This document shows positions 59,774 through 64,000 of a DNA stretch of 64,000 nucleotides, piece by piece. The notes below the pieces were generated by a model. The model ran no database searches. It was not told the origin of the DNA and was given only the letters and a program-made list of their open reading frames with translations. Every line of letters begins with the position of its first letter. Positions within the stretch are counted from its first letter, which is position 1. This DNA comes from an uncultured Bacilli bacterium (GTDB taxonomy: Bacteria > Bacillota_I > Bacilli_A > RF39 > UBA660), in the NCBI GenBank assembly GCA_944358255.1, contig CALVQQ010000002.1, positions 3,739-67,738 on the forward strand, given 5' to 3'. A program made the translations under genes and the position numbers.

Positions 59774-60772
59774 ATGAAAAGATTAAAATATATTTTGAAG
59801 AAACTTAAGACATTGGACTATAAAAATATGATTTATGTTGCGGGTAAAGTAAGCAAAAAAACTGGAAAAATTAGGTTTTTTGTTCTTTTGGATATGATAC
59901 ATTGCGCTTTGGTTTATGGCAGTGGTTATATGGATTACTTTGAATTTGAATTTTATTTACTTAATAAAAGTGAAAGAGCGACTTATATTACTAGTAATGT
60001 TAATAATAATATTATTAAAAAATATAATGATCCTAAATATAATTATATATTTGATGATAAAGCAGTTTTTAATGATACTTTTAAAAGTTTTTTGAAAAGA
60101 GATTATATAAATTTAGAACATTTGATGTATGATGATTTTGTTAAGTTTGTTAAAAATAAAAAGAAAATTGTTGTTAAGCCTTTAAATGAATGTGGCGGAA
60201 AGGGTGTAGAAGTTATTTCTATTGATAAAAAAAGTGATTTAGAAAAAATTTTTAATTCATTAATAAGGAACAAGCAATATTTGGTAGAGGATTATATTAA
60301 TCAATGTAAGGAAATGAGTCTGCTATATGGCAAAAGTGTTAATACTTTAAGAATTTTGACTTTTTATAAAAATAAAAAAGTGTATATATTAAAGTCTATT
60401 TTGAAAATAGGAAATGGTGGGGCTGTAGATAATTTTAGCAGTGGTGGAATGTACACTTTTGTGGATGAAAATGGTAAAGTTTATGTTCCTGCTATAGATG
60501 AAGAAGGTAATGTTTTTGAAGTTCATCCTATATCAAAAAAGAAGATTGTTGGGTTTGAAATACCAAAATATAAAGAAGTAATGGATTTTGTAAAAGAACT
60601 AGGCATGGTGGTGCCTAAGGTTAGATATGTTGGTTGGGATATCGCAATAACAAGTAATGGTCCTGTGGTAGTTGAAGGAAATAATTTTTCTGGGATTTTT
60701 CAAGTAAAGCCAAGTATTAGTGGTATAAAAACAGGGGATTTACCAAATTATAGAAAATATATGGATATTTAG
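59774..60772 (+). CDS. ATP-grasp domain protein (sugar-transfer-associated ATP-grasp-like)
   Basis: VVKPLNECGGKGVEVIS ATP-grasp glycine-rich loop. Confidence 0.5.
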   Translation: MKRLKYILKKLKTLDYKNMIYVAGKVSKKTGKIRFFVLLDMIHCALVYGSGYMDYFEFEFYLLNKSERATYITSNVNNNIIKKYNDPKYNYIFDDKAVFNDTFKSFLKRDYINLEHLMYDDFVKFVKNKKKIVVKPLNECGGKGVEVISIDKKSDLEKIFNSLIRNKQYLVEDYINQCKEMSLLYGKSVNTLRILTFYKNKKVYILKSILKIGNGGAVDNFSSGGMYTFVDENGKVYVPAIDEEGNVFEVHPISKKKIVGFEIPKYKEVMDFVKELGMVVPKVRYVGWDIAITSNGPVVVEGNNFSGIFQVKPSISGIKTGDLPNYRKYMDI

Positions 60773-60781
60773 AGGTGTAAT

Positions 60782-61522
60782 ATGAGAAGTTTTATTGGTG
60801 CATGTGTTATTATTACGTTGGGAATTGCAATTTTCTTGGGGCTGCTTATTTTTAAATTTGACGGTAATAATAAGAAATTATATTCTTTTATTGATTCTAT
60901 GGGTTTGATTGGTTTTGTGCTTTTAGGTATATTTTATGTTTTACCTGAATGTATGGGCTTTCTTGATGATAATTATAATTTGATTCAATGTTATTCTTAT
61001 TTGTTTTTGATGATCTTGTTAGGAGTATTTTTAATAAGGGTTGTTTTGTATTTTTTACCAAAAAAGAAGGATGCAATAAGTGATTTATCATATTCTTATG
61101 TTATACTGTTGTTTGTTAGTTTATTGTTGATTTTTATTGAAGGCGTTATGGTGTATACTACTAAAGGAAACTATTTAAATTTAACGTTTTTGTTTATTAA
61201 ATTTTTCTTATATAATTTAGTGTTAGGAATAGTTTTGGTTACTAATTTTAAAAAACATCGTTTTGATTTGACTAAGAGTTTTAAAGGATTGACGATAGTT
61301 TTTGTATTTGGTATAATTGGCTATTTTTTATCTTTTAATGGGAATTTTTTATATAAAAATAGTTTAATTATGGGATCTATTTTGGGTGTAATTTTAGGGA
61401 TGTTGTTTTACATTGTTATTAGAATTTATGTTGAATATTTTAAGGAAAATAAAAATTCGCCAGCTAAAACTGTGGGTTTAATTGTTGGTTGTATAGTATT
61501 GTTATTATCTAATTTATTGTAG
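60782..61522 (+). CDS. Hypothetical polytopic membrane protein
   Basis: About 7 transmembrane segments. Confidence 0.45.
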   Translation: MRSFIGACVIITLGIAIFLGLLIFKFDGNNKKLYSFIDSMGLIGFVLLGIFYVLPECMGFLDDNYNLIQCYSYLFLMILLGVFLIRVVLYFLPKKKDAISDLSYSYVILLFVSLLLIFIEGVMVYTTKGNYLNLTFLFIKFFLYNLVLGIVLVTNFKKHRFDLTKSFKGLTIVFVFGIIGYFLSFNGNFLYKNSLIMGSILGVILGMLFYIVIRIYVEYFKENKNSPAKTVGLIVGCIVLLLSNLL

Positions 61523-62152
61523 GTGAATTGTATGTTAAAAAAGATTTTAAAAGAGAATATTGGTTATTTAATTGCATTGGTAGTTTTACTCGTTGTTTCA
61601 GTGGTAGTAAAATTATATTTTTCAGATTATGTTTTGTCAGTTGATAAGTCTATTAGTGATTTTTTTCAAATTAAATTGGTTAGTGAAAGTAATACAACTT
61701 TTATGAAGATAGTTACTTTTTTTGGAAGTGCTATTCCTTTTATAGTTATTGTTTTATTGACTTTTTTATTTATTAAAAATAAATCTTATTCATTTTATAT
61801 GTTTGTAAATTTGCTGTGGGTTTATGTTGTTAGTGTAATTTTTAAAAATGTTATTATGAGAGAACGCCCGATAATTAGTTTGATAGAAAAACCTAGTGAT
61901 TATTCTTTCCCTAGTGGGCACACCATGTGTTCTATAGCTTTTTATGGTTTTATTGTTTATTTGTTGCTTAAAAATGTGAAAAATTATTTTTTGAAATGGT
62001 TAATAATATTTATTTTTGCTATGTTAGTCATATTTATTGGTATAAGTAGAATATATTTAAATGTTCATTATTTTACTGATGTTATTGCTGGTTTGATATT
62101 AGGATCTATTTGTTTGTTGATGATTATTAATATTTATAATAAAAGTGAATAG
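61523..62152 (+). CDS. PAP2-family membrane phosphatase (candidate undecaprenyl-pyrophosphate phosphatase)
   Basis: PAP2 motifs KxxxxxxRP (MRERP), PSGHT and SRxxxxxHxxxD (SRIYLNVHYFTD). Confidence 0.75.
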   Translation: MNCMLKKILKENIGYLIALVVLLVVSVVVKLYFSDYVLSVDKSISDFFQIKLVSESNTTFMKIVTFFGSAIPFIVIVLLTFLFIKNKSYSFYMFVNLLWVYVVSVIFKNVIMRERPIISLIEKPSDYSFPSGHTMCSIAFYGFIVYLLLKNVKNYFLKWLIIFIFAMLVIFIGISRIYLNVHYFTDVIAGLILGSICLLMIINIYNKSE

Positions 62153-62213
62153 TGAATGTTATCATTTGACTGATTATATTTAGTTAGATATAATATTTTA
62201 AACTTTTATAAAG

Positions 62214-63068
62214 GTGGGTATGTTTATGAAAGAAAGAATTTCTTTAATTTTAAAAGGTATAGTTTTAGGAGTTTCTTTTATTTTGCCAGGTGTAAGTGGC
62301 GGCGTTTTGTCGGTTGTTATGGGAATTTATGATAAATTGATAGAAGCTGTTAGTCATTTTTATGAGTCTTGGGCGAATTTTAAAAGGTATTTTAATTTTT
62401 TGTTTTTTTTAGGTATTGGTGGTATTTTTTCTGTATTGGTTTTAACTAATGTTATTGAATATGCTTTAAATAAAATACCGGTTATTACTATTTTAATATT
62501 TGTAGGGCTTATTGTAGGTGGGGTTCCACAATTATTTAATAAAATAAAAAAAGATGTATCGTTTGGTAATATTTTGCTAATGTTTATTGGTATTGGTTTG
62601 CTAGTACTTATGTCTATTACTACTGGTGGGGCTAATAATCAAATGATTGATACTAGTTTTGTAAGTATGCTTAAAATGTTTGGCGTTGGAATACTTGCTT
62701 CTGCCACTATTGTTATTCCTGGCGTTAGTGGTTCATTTTTGTTAATGGTTATGGGATACTATGAGCCATTATTGCGAATAATTAATGAAATCACTTCTTT
62801 TACGAATTTATATAATAATGTAATTGTAATGATACCTTTGGGAATTGGGTTGGTTATAGGAGCAATTGTAATAGCTAAAATAATTGATTTTTGTTTAAAT
62901 AAATATCCAGTAAAAACATACTATGTTATTATAGGATTTGTAATTGCGTCTATTATTGAAGTATTTTTAAGTGTTTTTAATTATAATTTTAATTTATTAA
63001 CAATGATTGTTGGATTGGTACTTATGATTGTAAGTTCAATTGTAGTATACATATTTTTTGAAAAATAG
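62214..63068 (+). CDS. DUF368-family membrane protein (polyprenyl-phosphate transporter family)
   Basis: Internal duplication with two GVSGG/GVSGS motifs (LPGVSGGVL, IPGVSGSFLL), typical of DUF368. Likely start ATG 62226. Confidence 0.65.
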   Translation: MGMFMKERISLILKGIVLGVSFILPGVSGGVLSVVMGIYDKLIEAVSHFYESWANFKRYFNFLFFLGIGGIFSVLVLTNVIEYALNKIPVITILIFVGLIVGGVPQLFNKIKKDVSFGNILLMFIGIGLLVLMSITTGGANNQMIDTSFVSMLKMFGVGILASATIVIPGVSGSFLLMVMGYYEPLLRIINEITSFTNLYNNVIVMIPLGIGLVIGAIVIAKIIDFCLNKYPVKTYYVIIGFVIASIIEVFLSVFNYNFNLLTMIVGLVLMIVSSIVVYIFFEK

Positions 63069-63107
63069 TTTGTTTTTTACTAAAATTATGTTATTATATT
63101 CTTACAT

Positions 63108-63182
63108 GCAGGCGTAGTACAACGGCTAGTACGCGGCCTTGCCAAGGCTGAGACGTGGGTTCGATTCCCATCGCTTGCTCCA
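63108..63182 (+). tRNA. tRNA-Gly (anticodon GCC)
   Basis: GCAGGCG TAGTACAACGGCTAGTAC GCGGCCTTGCCAAGGCTGAG ACGTGGGTTCGATTCCCAT CGCTTGC TCCA. Confidence 0.85.
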
Positions 63183-64000
63183 TGTAGTTTAACGAAACCC
63201 TGTATTTACTGGGTTTTTATTATGTTATGTTTTTGTTTTTATTTCTATTTTTACTCTCATTTTTGCTACTTCGGAGTAATTCTGGAGTAATTTTTAATAA
63301 AACTTATCAGTAGTTAATGCTAACTCCTCTTATTTCTTTTATTATATGTCCATACTTATTAACTGTTGTATTAAAATTTGAATGCCCTAAGGTTTTACTT
63401 ATATGATAAAGTTCTTAGTTCTTGATCATCATAGTGACAACAAATGTATATCTTAGATAATATTATCGTATTTTTTTGACTTTTGATTTATAACAATAAC
63501 AGTAAAACCTTTTTCTAAAATTAGTATCAGAATATGGTAAATCATAATATGATTATAAAACAACATAGTATTATCATCAATTTTTATATTTAATTCGTTC
63601 ATTAAAAATGCTTTATATTCTTTAATAATATCTAATAATTTTGTTGTATGTAAAAGGAAAATAAAAAAAGAAATTGACTACAGCTCCAAGCGGAGCGAAA
63701 CCAATTTCTATAATTAGATTATACAATATTTTTAAAAATATGTCAAATCGGAGTGTAGTTCGATAGAGTAAAATGGATATGGGATTCTATACAAAAAGGA
63801 AGACCTAATGTAAAATGTAATTATTAAACAAACACTTAAGGAGGTCTTCCATATGGAAATTATATCACAAAACTATGAAAAAATATTAGAAAATATAATA
63901 ATTAATAATTTTTGCTAATTTTCATTTGGAAGTTCGTTAAAAAAAACAGACTTTACTCTAAAAATTTGCTTTTTTTGTTATTTATAAATCTTGAAGTGTT

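Noticed and set aside
63108-64000. Integration of a second mobile element at the tRNA-Gly 3' end
   Set aside because: No direct repeat of the tRNA 3' segment and no recombinase gene occur within the remaining 800 bp. This cannot be assessed without sequence beyond the window.
1-64000. CRISPR arrays, rRNA genes, IS elements and transposases
   Set aside because: No regularly spaced direct repeats, no rRNA-like conserved stretches, and no DDE-transposase-like ORFs were seen anywhere in the window. The only recombinase is the serine recombinase at 12205-13872.

Overview
Very AT-rich, densely coding chromosomal segment, most consistent with a low-GC, spore-forming anaerobic Firmicute (Clostridia-like). 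Supporting genes seen in the window: cotJ(AB)-cotJC, a SleB-type cortex hydrolase, a CwlC-type amidase with LysM repeats, anaerobic class III ribonucleotide reductase nrdDG, and an [FeFe]-hydrogenase. Most of the window is ordinary housekeeping or envelope content. This includes a GtrA/GtrB/GT-C glycosylation cluster, two acyl-CoA ligase paralogs, SufBC, tsaE/tsaB/rimI-tsaD, glyA, a Ca-type P-type ATPase, RNase II/R, MacB-like and other ABC transporters, and a PAP2/DUF368 lipid-carrier pair. There are four tRNAs: Trp, Asn, Cys and Gly. The standout is a roughly 9.1 kb integrated element at about 5118-14240 that splits a cwlC-like N-acetylmuramoyl-L-alanine amidase gene within its conserved GGG segment. 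The amidase 5' fragment ends at 5127 and its 3' fragment, carrying five LysM repeats, resumes in frame at 14232. The element encodes a large serine recombinase at its right end, a putative HTH protein, and a complete restriction-modification module (XRE/C-type regulator, m5C methyltransferase, DPPY-type N6-adenine methyltransferase, and a convergent HNH restriction endonuclease). It also carries a 576-aa protein of unrecognisable function under its own promoter and leader hairpin. The architecture resembles the skin and SPbeta intervening elements that interrupt mother-cell sporulation genes and are removed by a serine recombinase. The uncharacterised 576-aa gene is the best candidate for a novel defence component. 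Other notable points are a catalytically dead NrdD paralog upstream of nrdG-nrdD, an NrdD-glutaredoxin fusion translationally coupled to trxB, a stand-alone Clp D1-only AAA protein, and rimI-tsaD and cotJA-cotJB fusions. All calls rest on motif recognition by eye; nothing was searched against databases.
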